The notes below the pieces were generated by a model that saw only the letters and a list, made by a program, of their open reading frames with translations, ran no database searches and was not told where the DNA came from. Made by a program: the position numbers and the translations under genes. From positions 310,001 to 374,000 of the IMG/VR virus record IMGVR_UViG_3300005613_000001: a stretch of 64,000 nucleotides of DNA; one strand, given 5' to 3'. Shown in pieces: positions 25,189 to 35,876 of this stretch (its first letter is position 1; every line of letters starts with the position of its first letter).

Positions 25189-27441
25189 ATGTCATTGAAA
25201 GCTTTGCAAGAGTACACCTACTACAGTCGATACGCACAATATAACGCAGAAAAGAAAAGAAGAGAAACGTGGCTGGAAGCCGTAGATCGTGTTGAAGGGA
25301 TGCACCTTAAAAAATACCCTCAAATCCAAGAAGAAATCCGTTGGGCTTTTGACCAAGTAAGACAAAAACGGGTATTAGGAAGTCAAAGAGCACTTCAGTT
25401 TGGTGGCCCACCAATCGAGAAAAAAAATGCAAGGATGTATAATTGCATAGCTAGTCACTGCGACAGGATAAGGTTTTTTCAAGAGGCTTTCTGGCTTTTG
25501 CTGTGTGGTGCTGGTGCTGGATTCTCCGTTCAGAAGCACCATGTAGCAAAGCTGCCAGATTTCCACGGTCATTCTCCTGAAGACAGGCCAGTTAAAAAGT
25601 TTTTTATCCCAGACACAATTGAAGGGTGGGCCGACGCTTTAGGCATTTTATTGGCAACTTATATGCCCAATCCTGAATTTGAAGATTGGCATAATCGTAA
25701 AGTGGAGTTTGATTATTCGTTAATCAGACCAAAAGGAGCACCACTAAGCTCTGGCGTGGGCAAAGCCCCAGGGCCAGGACCATTATCACGCTCTCTCGAA
25801 GTAATTAGAGCTTTATTGGATAGGTGTGTTGAAGATGGTCAAACCCGCCTACGTCCCATAGATGCCTACGATGTTGTAATGCATTCTTCTGACGCCGTGT
25901 TATCAGGTGGAGTAAGACGATCAGCAACCATCTGTCTTTTCTCTCTTGATGATACTGAGATGGCAACAGCTAAGACGGGCAATTGGCAAAATGAAAACCC
26001 GCAACGTGGCCGCTCAAATAACTCCGCATTGCTCCTTCGTGACAACACTCCGAAGGAGCAATTTTTTGATTTAATTGAACATGTTAAGCAATTTGGCGAA
26101 CCAGGATTTGTATGGAGTGATGATACCGAGTTGGTAGTCAACCCCTGTGTAGAAATTGCACTTTATCCTGTGGACGAGGAAAACGGAGCTACTGGATGGC
26201 AGGCTTGTAATTTATGTGAGATCAATGGAAGAAAAGCCAAAACAAGAGAAGACTTTGAAATTGCAGCAAGAGCAGCAGCAATTATTGGCACACTTCAAGC
26301 AGGGTACACAGAATTTTCTTATTTAGGGCCAGTAAGTGAAAAGATTATCCGCAAGGAAGCATTGTTGGGTGTGAGTGTTACAGGAATGATGGATAATCCC
26401 GACGTTTTATTTGATCCTAAGAACCAACGTGACATGGCAAAGCTTGTCATTAAGGTCAATGAAGAAATTGCTGACAAAATCGGTATCAATCCCGCCTCAA
26501 GATGTACTTGTGTCAAGCCAGCGGGCACAACAAGTTGCATTCTAGGAACCGCTAGCGGCATTCATCCTCACCACGGCAATTTTTACTTTAGACGAGTACA
26601 AGCAAATACTCTTGAAGAGCCTCTTAAGCAATTTAAAAAATACAATCCTTTTGCAGTTGAACCTTGCGTTTGGTCTGCTAACCAGACTGATGAAGTAATT
26701 ACATTTTTGATTGAAGTGCCCAAGGGCGCAAAAACAAAGAATGACTTGAGTGCTTTGGATTTGCTAGAATACGTCAAAACCACGCAGAAAAATTGGGTAC
26801 AAGCAGGGACAGTTAAAGAGCGATGCACTAAGCCTTGGTTGAGACATAATGTTTCTAATACTATTCATGTCAAGCCTGAAGAGTGGAGTGATGTAGCCGC
26901 AATGATCTACAGAGATAGAAACCACTTTGCTGGTGTGTCCCTATTATCAGCCACAGGTGATTTGGATTATCGTCAAGCTCCAAACGTAAAAGTACACAAC
27001 CCCAGAGAGTTGTTACAAATTTATGGTGATGGGGCTATTTTTGTTCACACATTAATAACTGAAGGTATAGCTGTGTTTGGCGACCTTTGGACAGCTTGTG
27101 ACATAGCACTAGGAATCAGTCCACTTGAGGCACCTGAAGAGCCTGAAATCAAAGATGATGTTATTGATATGCGTGACCATGTAGAATATCAAAATGCAAA
27201 ACAAGAGCATAATAATAAAGTTGAATGGATTAATAACGTTACCGAATTTTCACTTCTATACACAGATGGCGACTTCAAGAAATGTACCTACTTGATGAAA
27301 GAAGTTTATAATTGGGAAAAGTGGCTTAAGTTAAAAGGTCAATACCAAGAAGTTAATTACACGGAGATGTTTGAAGACGAAGACAACACTACTTTAACTG
27401 AAACCATCGCGTGTGCAGGAGGCGCATGTGAGATAATCTAG
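25189..27441 (+). CDS. nrdJ: Class II (adenosylcobalamin-dependent) ribonucleotide reductase
   Basis: NPCVEI active site, CNLCEI, VKPAGT, C-terminal CAGGAC; no nrdB nearby. Confidence 0.9.
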   Translation: MSLKALQEYTYYSRYAQYNAEKKRRETWLEAVDRVEGMHLKKYPQIQEEIRWAFDQVRQKRVLGSQRALQFGGPPIEKKNARMYNCIASHCDRIRFFQEAFWLLLCGAGAGFSVQKHHVAKLPDFHGHSPEDRPVKKFFIPDTIEGWADALGILLATYMPNPEFEDWHNRKVEFDYSLIRPKGAPLSSGVGKAPGPGPLSRSLEVIRALLDRCVEDGQTRLRPIDAYDVVMHSSDAVLSGGVRRSATICLFSLDDTEMATAKTGNWQNENPQRGRSNNSALLLRDNTPKEQFFDLIEHVKQFGEPGFVWSDDTELVVNPCVEIALYPVDEENGATGWQACNLCEINGRKAKTREDFEIAARAAAIIGTLQAGYTEFSYLGPVSEKIIRKEALLGVSVTGMMDNPDVLFDPKNQRDMAKLVIKVNEEIADKIGINPASRCTCVKPAGTTSCILGTASGIHPHHGNFYFRRVQANTLEEPLKQFKKYNPFAVEPCVWSANQTDEVITFLIEVPKGAKTKNDLSALDLLEYVKTTQKNWVQAGTVKERCTKPWLRHNVSNTIHVKPEEWSDVAAMIYRDRNHFAGVSLLSATGDLDYRQAPNVKVHNPRELLQIYGDGAIFVHTLITEGIAVFGDLWTACDIALGISPLEAPEEPEIKDDVIDMRDHVEYQNAKQEHNNKVEWINNVTEFSLLYTDGDFKKCTYLMKEVYNWEKWLKLKGQYQEVNYTEMFEDEDNTTLTETIACAGGACEII

Positions 27442-27450
27442 GAATTTCAC

Positions 27451-27672
27451 ATGAGTTATAATTACCTCTGTCCTTATTGTTTTACACCTTACGATAGGGA
27501 TGAAAACGAAACGTGCCCTATATGTCACAATAACGCGGATTACGCGAATGGGCATTTAGCAGGATGGTACGCCGCCACCAAGCAGAATGAAGTTAATAAT
27601 ATGATGCTTGGAGAATATAAGCGCTCGTACAACGATCTATTGGAACTAAATGCTTCTATGTTTGCTAAATAA
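27451..27672 (+). CDS. Small zinc-ribbon protein
   Basis: CPYC ... CPIC. Confidence 0.55.
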   Translation: MSYNYLCPYCFTPYDRDENETCPICHNNADYANGHLAGWYAATKQNEVNNMMLGEYKRSYNDLLELNASMFAK

Positions 27673-27675
27673 TGT

Positions 27676-28463
27676 ATGAGTCGATTTTTGCAAGTCAATA
27701 CAAATCTTGACGATGTAATTGACTTAATAGTACATAGGATAAAAAACAAAGTGCCATTTTCGCTTACAAGGTACGGTCATGGCGAAATAAGCATTTTGAA
27801 TAATTCTCGTAATGTTCTTCAAAGAAAAGCAGACTGCACAAGGCATTCCTACAAATACAGATGGCAACACAAGATTTTATACCCAAAATTGCGAGAAATT
27901 ATATTTAATGGCATTAAACATGCAGATATTATAGGGCTATTAGACAAAAATGGATTGTTGAAAGATCAATTTAAACATTCGGAAGAATTGTGGTCTATTA
28001 AAAAGGGTTTATTGGCAAGAAATGGAATAAAATGGAATAAAATTAAAGTCTGCGACCATCAAATCTTCCGTGGTAAAAGAATGGGGGATATATCTGAATT
28101 AAGAAAATTCTAAGTGGTGAAAGTCTTCACATTGTATCCCCGCGAACGGTTAAATTAAAAGCTAATAATTTAGATAAGCTTTTGGATGCCCCCGTAACAT
28201 ACACTAGATTTCCTGTGCCTATAGATTTGGACAAGCGATCTGAAATACTTGAAGAGCTTGATAAAGTTACTGCTCACGTTGTGCTATTTGGCACAAGCAC
28301 AGCCGGGAAAGATCTTGGCATGCACCTCAATAGTAAGGTTTGTCTTGATTTTGGAGCCACATTAGACGCATGGGCGAGCATTGAATCTAGAGGGTGGTTT
28401 TTTAAAGGGTACAGCCAGGACCATTGTGTAATAAAAAATTCAAATGCTCTAAATACAGTATGA
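27676..28463 (+). pseudogene. GT-D-fold-like protein split by a -1 frameshift near 28104-28107
   Basis: N-half PFSLTRYGHGE and C-half LDFGATLDAW. One extra A in the A4 run would join them as ELRKILSGESLHIVS. Confidence 0.55.
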
Positions 28464-28726
28464 GGAATTTTTGGCTAACCCAAAGACTAGAGCGTGTGGC
28501 TCAAGTTTTGCAAACAGAATTAGAAAACACCTTCATAGGGAAGGATGCTAAATCAAGCGCTAGACAAATATACCTTGCAAAATTGGATTTTCTAACTCGC
28601 TGTGGACTCTCTGACGCGGAAATTAAGAAAATAAAAGTTGAAGTTAAAATTAAACCAGATCAAGAGTACGATGGCGTTGTAATCAAGGGTATTATCACTG
28701 GTTTTGAAATGCATGTATTAGACTAA
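28460..28726 (+). CDS. Hypothetical protein
   Basis: ATGA overlap with the upstream ORF. Confidence 0.6.
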   Translation: MRNFWLTQRLERVAQVLQTELENTFIGKDAKSSARQIYLAKLDFLTRCGLSDAEIKKIKVEVKIKPDQEYDGVVIKGIITGFEMHVLD

Positions 28727-28998
28727 TGTTTGAAATAAAGCAAATATCAAAGGATTCTATTGTGGCTAAACCTAAAGTTTGGATTTATGGTTTTGTAATT
28801 TGGATGTGCTTCATGCTCGCCAGTGTTCTTATAGGGTTTTTCTGGGGATTTAATCATGGTGTAGAACAAGGTACGCTAGCATCTCAAGAAAGCTATGAGA
28901 ACTGGATAATAGAACATGAAAAATACAGGCGAATTGTTGAATACGTCTTTGAAGATCTGTCTCCTGAAGAAAAAGAGAAGTATTTGATATCACAGTAG
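28726..28998 (+). CDS. Single-TM membrane protein
   Basis: Hydrophobic stretch followed by a charged C-terminus. Confidence 0.65.
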   Translation: MFEIKQISKDSIVAKPKVWIYGFVIWMCFMLASVLIGFFWGFNHGVEQGTLASQESYENWIIEHEKYRRIVEYVFEDLSPEEKEKYLISQ

Positions 28999-29012
28999 AA
29001 ATACATACCTGT

Positions 29013-29792
29013 ATGGGTAAGAAACTAATTAGGACATTATTTATTTCTGATGTCCATATGGGGTCTGGTTTTTCTCGCGCCGATCTCTTATTGGAAACAT
29101 TGGAAGCCTATGAGTACAAATCACTGTACATAGTGGGTGATTTCATCGATGGGTGGAAGTTCAATAGAAACTTTCATTGGACACAATCCTGTAATGATGT
29201 GCTAAAGAAAATCTTGGAATTAGCTGAAACTATACCAGTCTACTACTGTATAGGTAACCATGATGAATTCTTAAGATCTTTCGCCCCCGCTACGCTCAAT
29301 GAAATTAAAATAGCAGAACGATTTATTCACACGACCGCTGGTGGAAGGAAAATGATCGTTAGACACGGGGATTTCCTAGATTATGCTGTAAAACACATGG
29401 CATGGTTAGCCCATTTTGGTGACAAAATGCTATCATTCATATTGACACTTAATCGAGCATCTTACTGGCTACAGCAAAAAATAAAAATTAGGTATTGGTC
29501 TTTAAGTAACTACCTTCGTAGAAAAGTCAATAAAGTGCTATCCACACTGAAAAACTTTAAAAAGATGATAATGTTTGAAACCGTTGAGGAAGAATTGGAA
29601 GGTGTGATTTGCGGACACATACACGCCCCAGAAATTGTAGAAGAAGATGACTTCTTATACTGCAACTGTGGAGATTGGGTAGAAAATGGTTCTGCAATTG
29701 TAGAGCATTTAGATGGAAAATTTGAACTCATCCATAATGAGAATTTCCCCAAACTAATCACCCCCGTAGTAGAATATGATTGGCCGGGCTAA
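29013..29792 (+). CDS. UDP-2,3-diacylglucosamine hydrolase (LpxH)-like metallophosphoesterase
   Basis: ISDVH, GDFIDGW, GNHDE, HGD, CGHIH, NCGDW. Confidence 0.85.
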   Translation: MGKKLIRTLFISDVHMGSGFSRADLLLETLEAYEYKSLYIVGDFIDGWKFNRNFHWTQSCNDVLKKILELAETIPVYYCIGNHDEFLRSFAPATLNEIKIAERFIHTTAGGRKMIVRHGDFLDYAVKHMAWLAHFGDKMLSFILTLNRASYWLQQKIKIRYWSLSNYLRRKVNKVLSTLKNFKKMIMFETVEEELEGVICGHIHAPEIVEEDDFLYCNCGDWVENGSAIVEHLDGKFELIHNENFPKLITPVVEYDWPG

Positions 29793-29965
29793 CCACTATA
29801 TCCCAAAGTGGCTTTTATATATGTCAAAACAATCTCCATAGCTTGATTGTCATTAAAACCCTCATTCTTAGAATTCTCAAATAACTTCCATAAAAGAGGC
29901 GGTAAGCTTTCCGATAAGAATACTGCGGATTGGTCAAATTCCGATATCTGTTTTGGATCTAACAT
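29789..29965 (-). CDS. 58-aa hypothetical protein
   Basis: Hand-translated MLDPKQISEFDQ...; TATAAAT directly upstream. Confidence 0.5.
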   Translation of the reverse strand: MLDPKQISEFDQSAVFLSESLPPLLWKLFENSKNEGFNDNQAMEIVLTYIKATLGYSG

Positions 29966-30021
29966 ATTTATATCCTTTTTTGTTCTACTTTAATAAATAT
30001 AGTAATCATAGAGGGATAAAC

Positions 30022-30570
30022 ATGGAATTTAAAGACTATCTTTTGAATGAAAATAGAGCGTATTTGGGTGAGAAGATTGGCGATATTTTGAATGCCGTTC
30101 ACGACCTGGAACAAGAGGGCGCAAATATGGGAGCCCGCCAGATGATGAAGTTCTCTGAGAAGATAGTCTCTAGAATCCGCCGCATTTTACACAGCAATTG
30201 GCCTCAAACTGAGGACGGTCATCTTAAAAGCCTACAGAAAGTAGGTGTGGCTCTTATGAAGGCAATTGAAGAGAAGAATGATTTGCGAGAACTAATGCCT
30301 CAAATAAAACAGGAATTAGAGGATGTCTCTGGGAAATTAGGTGTCCCGGTCAATACTCTTGCTGCCCCCGAAGGCGAAGAATCCCCCGAAAATCCACCAG
30401 AAGGGGAACCAGGACAACAGCAACAACCTGAGCAACAACCAGAACAGCCCCCGGAGCAAATGCCAGATCAACAACAACCCGGCCAGCAACCAGGGGCACC
30501 ACCGCCAATGCAGGGGCCAGTACCGGGAGCACCCATGATGCCACCGCCAGGGGCCATGCCGCCCGCCTAG
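30022..30570 (+). CDS. Hypothetical protein, MEFKDYLLNE N-terminus and Pro/Gln-rich tail
   Basis: Start reset using GAGG SD and the AATAAATA late motif. Confidence 0.75.
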   Translation: MEFKDYLLNENRAYLGEKIGDILNAVHDLEQEGANMGARQMMKFSEKIVSRIRRILHSNWPQTEDGHLKSLQKVGVALMKAIEEKNDLRELMPQIKQELEDVSGKLGVPVNTLAAPEGEESPENPPEGEPGQQQQPEQQPEQPPEQMPDQQQPGQQPGAPPPMQGPVPGAPMMPPPGAMPPA

Positions 30571-31121
30571 TTTAAATAATTTTTAATGCGGTCAATCATA
30601 CCCTCACTGACACCTTTAACCTCTAGCATCTTATTAAAATCATCATATGGTCCATATTCCACTAATCTCTTGGCGGTTGTGGCCCCAATGCCTTCAATTT
30701 TCTTCCATTCCTTCTCTGTAAGCTCAATAAGAGGCTTTTTAGGAGGCGGGGCATAAGATTTTGCCTTCACTGGTATGGGTTCAGGCTCTTCTTCTTTTGG
30801 AGGCGGGGTATAAGACTTTGCCTTCTTCTTGATTGCTGAAATGGATTTTTGGGCTCTAGATCGGGATTCTGCCACGCCGTCATCTACAAGTTCGGTGGCT
30901 GTATGGAGATGGTATTTATCAAAGAAAGGGCCTTCCCATATATCTTCTGATCCATCTTCTGCTTTGCCCTTCTTAATTTCCCAAGTTTTAGGCACACAAA
31001 AACATACAAAGCATATTTCTGTATATTTTTTCCCAGTAACAAATGGTACACTTCTGTGACCTGAGCATAGAATCTCCATATACTCACCACAAATAGGGCA
31101 ATTATCTGGATTTCTAGCCAT
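30567..31121 (-). CDS. Zn-finger plus ComEA-like helix-hairpin-helix protein
   Basis: CPIC; IEGIGATTAKRLVE..GPY..KGVS. Confidence 0.7.
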   Translation of the reverse strand: MARNPDNCPICGEYMEILCSGHRSVPFVTGKKYTEICFVCFCVPKTWEIKKGKAEDGSEDIWEGPFFDKYHLHTATELVDDGVAESRSRAQKSISAIKKKAKSYTPPPKEEEPEPIPVKAKSYAPPPKKPLIELTEKEWKKIEGIGATTAKRLVEYGPYDDFNKMLEVKGVSEGMIDRIKNYLN

Positions 31122-31124
31122 CCT

Positions 31125-31676
31125 CTAGCCTTTGAAGAAAAATTCGTCCGGTAATTTCAATAGTTCTGTCGCGGGAATAATCAGCCATTCCCTGTATTTA
31201 AAACTGTATTCAAATGTATGATCTTGTATGATCTTTTGTTGAATAAATATGATCCAAGGCTTGTAGTCCTTTTTCCACGCTATCATGGGTATCCGATCAC
31301 AACGTTTTGATTCATCAAGGGCTTGTTTTATCCACCCATCTATTTCCGCCCGCCCCGTATTTTTACCCAGAACCATATGCAAATCTTCGTCATTATAACC
31401 GTCTTTGCATTCAATTACAAATTTAAATGTCTCAGGGCAGACAAGATCACCCGAAAAGGTTTGCTGTGCGTGTTCCGGCAAAGACCGAACTTGTCCCCAT
31501 CGGTTGCCAGATCCAAGAGTGCGAGTAAAGTCAAATCCAAATCTCTCTTTAAGAAGTTTTCCAAATAATCTTTCGCCTCTATTCCCTTTATCTTTACTTC
31601 TTACTTTCTTTTTAGACTTTTTCTTTTTCTCTGCATCTGATATAATGTCTTCGAAATCTAAATCATTAAAGTCCAT
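31125..31676 (-). CDS. Holliday junction resolvase-like PD-(D/E)xK nuclease
   Basis: SKDKGNRGER, GDL, VIECK. Confidence 0.8.
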   Translation of the reverse strand: MDFNDLDFEDIISDAEKKKKSKKKVRSKDKGNRGERLFGKLLKERFGFDFTRTLGSGNRWGQVRSLPEHAQQTFSGDLVCPETFKFVIECKDGYNDEDLHMVLGKNTGRAEIDGWIKQALDESKRCDRIPMIAWKKDYKPWIIFIQQKIIQDHTFEYSFKYREWLIIPATELLKLPDEFFFKG

Positions 31677-31684
31677 ACCTTAAT

Positions 31685-32755
31685 TTAGTAGTAACCATTA
31701 TTTAATAATCTCATTACATTTTCAAGGTCTCTTTTGATGTCGTCAACATTTGATATCAAATCTTCAAAATTACAGATATTTCCATCATCATTACTGGCAA
31801 TTGTATTTATGTCTAATGCTAAATCAGCTATACAACTACAATTAATTTCTAATGATTCCTTTTCATGATCTGTTGGTGTATGATAGATTTCTTGAGGCGG
31901 AATATCATCTTCAAATACACTTTCATCGCCTTCCTGCAATGTAAGGTCATTCTTATAATTTGTAAGCATGAATCTATGCAAGTGCTCATCATCTAATGGC
32001 GTGTTGGAGGGATAAAGGAAAAACCAGACTTCTTCAGGAGGCAATTCAATTAGTGTTTTCTTGAAAGTAGCTACTTCATCCCATATCTCGGGAGTAGAAC
32101 AAAAGAAAATTTGCCCCAATTCATCTCTCATATCCACCAGCCAAAGGCTCCGATGTTCATTACGAAACAACCATAGGCATCGCTGTTGCTCCAATTGTTC
32201 TCCAATTGCAACAGCCATATGTCCTTTTTTTATGCGCCTCCATATATTCCTTACCCCAGAGATTCTTTTAGCAATGGGAATATTAAATTTCGATGTCATT
32301 CTTTCAAAGAATCGGGAATAATCCCATTTTACTGATTCAAACAGTTTTAATAGAACCTCCGAATCGCACTCTGAGGCAAGGTTGAAGTCTTCTTTTATAT
32401 CATTGTATTCTTCTGATATATTCCCATTATGAATGAGTCCAATAAGCCTATCATCGCTGACAAAGGGGTGATTGTTGACATTTTGAGCAGGCTTTCCCAC
32501 TCCTGGCGTAGCTGCTCTGCAATGAGTTAGCAACATGTCCAAGTTTTTATCTCTTAGATTCCCCCATAATGACTTTTTTACCATTTCGCTTGATTTAATG
32601 GGTTGTTTATAAAAAACGATATTGTTCTTTGACGTTCCCCAGAAGCCAGAAGCATCTTCGCCTCGGGTTTCTGTTCGTTCAAATAACTTGGTGATTAAAT
32701 CATGGGAAAAATCGGGGTCTTTAGACTTGCCTATAACGCCTGCTATGCCACACAT
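31685..32755 (-). CDS. Class II (Ntn) glutamine amidotransferase domain protein
   Basis: MCGIAG N-terminus, RGEDASG, HCR.AT.G, HPF, HNG, DSE. Confidence 0.88.
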   Translation of the reverse strand: MCGIAGVIGKSKDPDFSHDLITKLFERTETRGEDASGFWGTSKNNIVFYKQPIKSSEMVKKSLWGNLRDKNLDMLLTHCRAATPGVGKPAQNVNNHPFVSDDRLIGLIHNGNISEEYNDIKEDFNLASECDSEVLLKLFESVKWDYSRFFERMTSKFNIPIAKRISGVRNIWRRIKKGHMAVAIGEQLEQQRCLWLFRNEHRSLWLVDMRDELGQIFFCSTPEIWDEVATFKKTLIELPPEEVWFFLYPSNTPLDDEHLHRFMLTNYKNDLTLQEGDESVFEDDIPPQEIYHTPTDHEKESLEINCSCIADLALDINTIASNDDGNICNFEDLISNVDDIKRDLENVMRLLNNGYY

Positions 32756-32782
32756 AAGGATAATTATAATTTATTAGTCAAT

Positions 32783-34030
32783 TTAAATCAATAAGGCTTT
32801 ACCTTTTTTGGGTTTCTTCCAAAGTCGCTCAAAGTGCTTTCTGAAGCCATCATAAAGAGTTGGGTCAATTAACTTCACCGCAGTCTCATCATTTAAACGA
32901 AGGCCAGGATGGGTAAAATTATAAGAGCCCGTCCATACTATTTTTTGATCTTGATGTTTGATTAACATGAATTTATGATGCATTCGCCCTCGCCAATTAT
33001 CTTTAAACGAACCCACTATTAACTCGCCCTCACCATCCTCGTCTTCTTCATAGCGGTTACTTTCATTTAAGTGTTTGTTTTTAATGATGCAATATGGAAT
33101 TTTAGCCTCTTTAAATCTTGTAATGGTATTTCTATTTTGGAACTCTTCACTCATCACAACACGAATTTTACATTTAGTCTTTTTGAGTTTTTTTAGTATT
33201 TTAGAAAAATTCACCCTAGTTAAAAAAGACATTGCTATATCAATCTCTGTGCTAGAATCTGCTGTTTTTGCAATGTGTTTTAATTGCCTTTCAACAGGAC
33301 ATGTTCTGCGTGGGAAAAACCACACACCATTTTCATGATTTATTGATGTGCCTGTAGAAGCCCCCTGAAAATTGCGATGTTTAATTGACCACACATTTCT
33401 CTGAATTACTCCCTTTCTAAGATCATCCCAATGTTTTACATACATGTCAAATAGCTCTTTGTCATCATATATAATCAAAAAATTATTATATTGATGATAC
33501 TGTGTATAATTTATATTTGCTGTCATTTGAACTATGACATATTTTCCTATTCCTGTTAATTCAGAGAATAGAAAGAATTTATCGTGCATGTACCCTTCGG
33601 TGGCTGGTTCTTGCTTCCTAGCTAAACCCATTCTAACTTCAGGATCACTCATTCCAACACGATTATCAATTATTACATTTTGGCTACCGAATTGCTCCCT
33701 AAATCTCTTCATCGTGACTTTATGATTTTTAAGACTATAACTATCAATAATTAATTTTGTATCACATTCCTGAGCATTGTTTACAAAAATGTCTGTTATT
33801 TCAAGCGGATTGCCTGTCCGTTCGCCAAACGGCAAATTTAGATTATCACCACTATTTTCCCAATCTTCGCCTATTTCCTGGTTCCACATATAAAGTGCCC
33901 CTCGCACCAAAGAACCAGGAGTGATGCGCGAAAATAAGCTCATAAGTTCCAAAAATAAATTAAAGTCTGGAAGTGTTTCTTTTCTTTTTATATTAGGATA
34001 GGAAAAATACGGCCCTATAAACTTAGTCAT
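32783..34030 (-). CDS. Phospholipase D-like protein with two HxK motifs
   Basis: MHDKFFLFS..TANIN and MHHKFML..WTGSYNFT..NDE. Confidence 0.82.
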   Translation of the reverse strand: MTKFIGPYFSYPNIKRKETLPDFNLFLELMSLFSRITPGSLVRGALYMWNQEIGEDWENSGDNLNLPFGERTGNPLEITDIFVNNAQECDTKLIIDSYSLKNHKVTMKRFREQFGSQNVIIDNRVGMSDPEVRMGLARKQEPATEGYMHDKFFLFSELTGIGKYVIVQMTANINYTQYHQYNNFLIIYDDKELFDMYVKHWDDLRKGVIQRNVWSIKHRNFQGASTGTSINHENGVWFFPRRTCPVERQLKHIAKTADSSTEIDIAMSFLTRVNFSKILKKLKKTKCKIRVVMSEEFQNRNTITRFKEAKIPYCIIKNKHLNESNRYEEDEDGEGELIVGSFKDNWRGRMHHKFMLIKHQDQKIVWTGSYNFTHPGLRLNDETAVKLIDPTLYDGFRKHFERLWKKPKKGKALLI

Positions 34031-34048
34031 AACAGGAGTATATAGAAT

Positions 34049-34477
34049 ATGAAATTGGGATTTACGGTTGGGGTGTGGGATCTCCTACACGAAGGTCATA
34101 TTAATCTATTAAAGCAAGCCAGAGAGCATTGTGACTATCTTTTTGTGGGTATAATGACAGATTTTTGGGTCAGAGTACAAAAAGATCACAACCGCCCCTT
34201 TGAATCACTTGCTCAAAGATTAGTTAATTTAAGAAATACAGGACTAACGGATAAAATTGTAATTCTAGACACATTAGATATGACCCCCTACTTACAGATG
34301 ATAGATGTATGGATTAAAGGGGACGATCAAAAAAACATGCTTCCAATCGAATGGGGGAATGAGGTATTTTTACCTCGCACACCCGACATCTCAACCACAG
34401 AATTAATTGAAAAAGCAAGAAAGTCTAAAGACGAATATGATGCATTTAGTGAAAGGTTGCACACCACAGACCCGTAA
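34049..34477 (+). CDS. Cytidylyltransferase (TagD-like)
   Basis: GVWDLLHEGH (HxGH), RTPDISTT. Confidence 0.85.
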   Translation: MKLGFTVGVWDLLHEGHINLLKQAREHCDYLFVGIMTDFWVRVQKDHNRPFESLAQRLVNLRNTGLTDKIVILDTLDMTPYLQMIDVWIKGDDQKNMLPIEWGNEVFLPRTPDISTTELIEKARKSKDEYDAFSERLHTTDP

Positions 34478-35141
34478 GTGTTCACCCTCTAAATGGCCTG
34501 TGTTTGGTGACAACCCAAAGAAGAAAATCAAGGGATTTAAAGTAATGCCTCAATGCTGTGTCCAACACTTGAGGCAAATATTACATTATCTGCATGATTT
34601 ATTTGAAGAGAAAGAAATTAAATATTGGATGGATTTTGGCACCCTATTGGGCGCAGTAAGAGGCGGGAGAAACATAGAGCATGACACGGATGGGGATTTG
34701 TGTCTAATGCTGGAAGATCGGAAAAGAATTTTGCAGCTAGACCGAAGAATGGCTAACGATGGATTTTGTATGGCCTGCTACAAACCTAAAAGAAGAAATG
34801 ACACCCACATTAAAATCTGCCGAAGTAAAACAAATCGTATGGTGGTAGATTTGTTTTTTTGGAATGATAAGAAGCTCACGGGCATACTGAGCAGTCCTGG
34901 CTTGAATGAGCCAAAATCATTCCCTGATTATTTTACTAAAAGATTGGTCTTAATTGATATGTTTGGGAAGCCCATGTGGGCTCCTCAAGACACCGAAAGG
35001 TTTTTGCGGTATAGATTTGGGAAAGATTGGAAAAAACCCCAAGATAAAAAGGTTCATTTCCAAGACGCAGAGAAGACCCACGCGCCCGCTTTCGCTTATG
35101 CCAAATCAAAAGGATGGCGGAAAAAGATTGAAATGACTTAA
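34437..35141 (+). CDS. LicD-family phosphotransferase
   Basis: YWMDFGTLLGAVRGG..HDTDGD; P..TERFLRYRFGKDWKKP. Confidence 0.85.
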   Translation: MMHLVKGCTPQTRKCSPSKWPVFGDNPKKKIKGFKVMPQCCVQHLRQILHYLHDLFEEKEIKYWMDFGTLLGAVRGGRNIEHDTDGDLCLMLEDRKRILQLDRRMANDGFCMACYKPKRRNDTHIKICRSKTNRMVVDLFFWNDKKLTGILSSPGLNEPKSFPDYFTKRLVLIDMFGKPMWAPQDTERFLRYRFGKDWKKPQDKKVHFQDAEKTHAPAFAYAKSKGWRKKIEMT

Positions 35142-35353
35142 TCTTTTTTCCTGATTTGGAACCGCAAAGTAGAAATATCGTATCCCCGATTAGTCAATTC
35201 ATCCAATACCTCTTGTGGGAAGAGGCTCAAAACATAACGAGGATTAGCCTGCCCAGCTTCATGGTCCCAGTCAACCATGAGATCACCCTCTTTCTTACTC
35301 CAATAAACCCGAATTTTATCTTTCGGCATTCTAATCCCTCTTTCTGAGATCAT
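35138..35353 (-). CDS. Hypothetical protein
   Basis: Last ORF of the early operon. Confidence 0.55.
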   Translation of the reverse strand: MISERGIRMPKDKIRVYWSKKEGDLMVDWDHEAGQANPRYVLSLFPQEVLDELTNRGYDISTLRFQIRKKD

Positions 35354-35876
35354 CCATAACCGCCTCTAATTCTTTTGTTAATTCGGGGTCAACATCCCTC
35401 CCGATAGCATCTAACAGTAATCGTGATTCCTTAACGTATAGTCCAATAAAATTAGTATCGGCTCCCTTCATTTCAAGAAGGTTATCAATACGATCTAACA
35501 ATTTTATAATTTTAGCCTCTACGCTTACTTCTGTTAAATGCGCTCGATCTGTCTCTTTACGCACTTTTCGGGAAGCCTTCATGCCCTTACTGGGGTTGGT
35601 GAGTTCATTAACCAACTCCACAACCCCAGGAGGAAATAAAGTGCTAAGGGTTTCGGGAGTGACCCAAGTATCTTCTACAACATCGTGAAGATACGCTGCT
35701 GCTACCATTTCTTCTGTGGCAAGTTTATGAACACAAGTTCTACCCGCCACTCTTGCGGGATGCGTAACATACGGCTTCCCATTATACATACGCTTTTGGT
35801 TCGCATGGGCTATCCGAGCCACATGCGCAGCACGTAAAATCAGGTTGTCTATTTCTATTGCTTTATTCAGCGACAT
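35331..35876 (-). CDS. HD-domain (p)ppGpp hydrolase-like protein (Mesh1/SAH-like)
   Basis: AHANQKR..G.PYVTHP, AAYLHDVVEDT, IKLLDRIDNL. Confidence 0.85.
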   Translation of the reverse strand: MSLNKAIEIDNLILRAAHVARIAHANQKRMYNGKPYVTHPARVAGRTCVHKLATEEMVAAAYLHDVVEDTWVTPETLSTLFPPGVVELVNELTNPSKGMKASRKVRKETDRAHLTEVSVEAKIIKLLDRIDNLLEMKGADTNFIGLYVKESRLLLDAIGRDVDPELTKELEAVMDDLRKRD

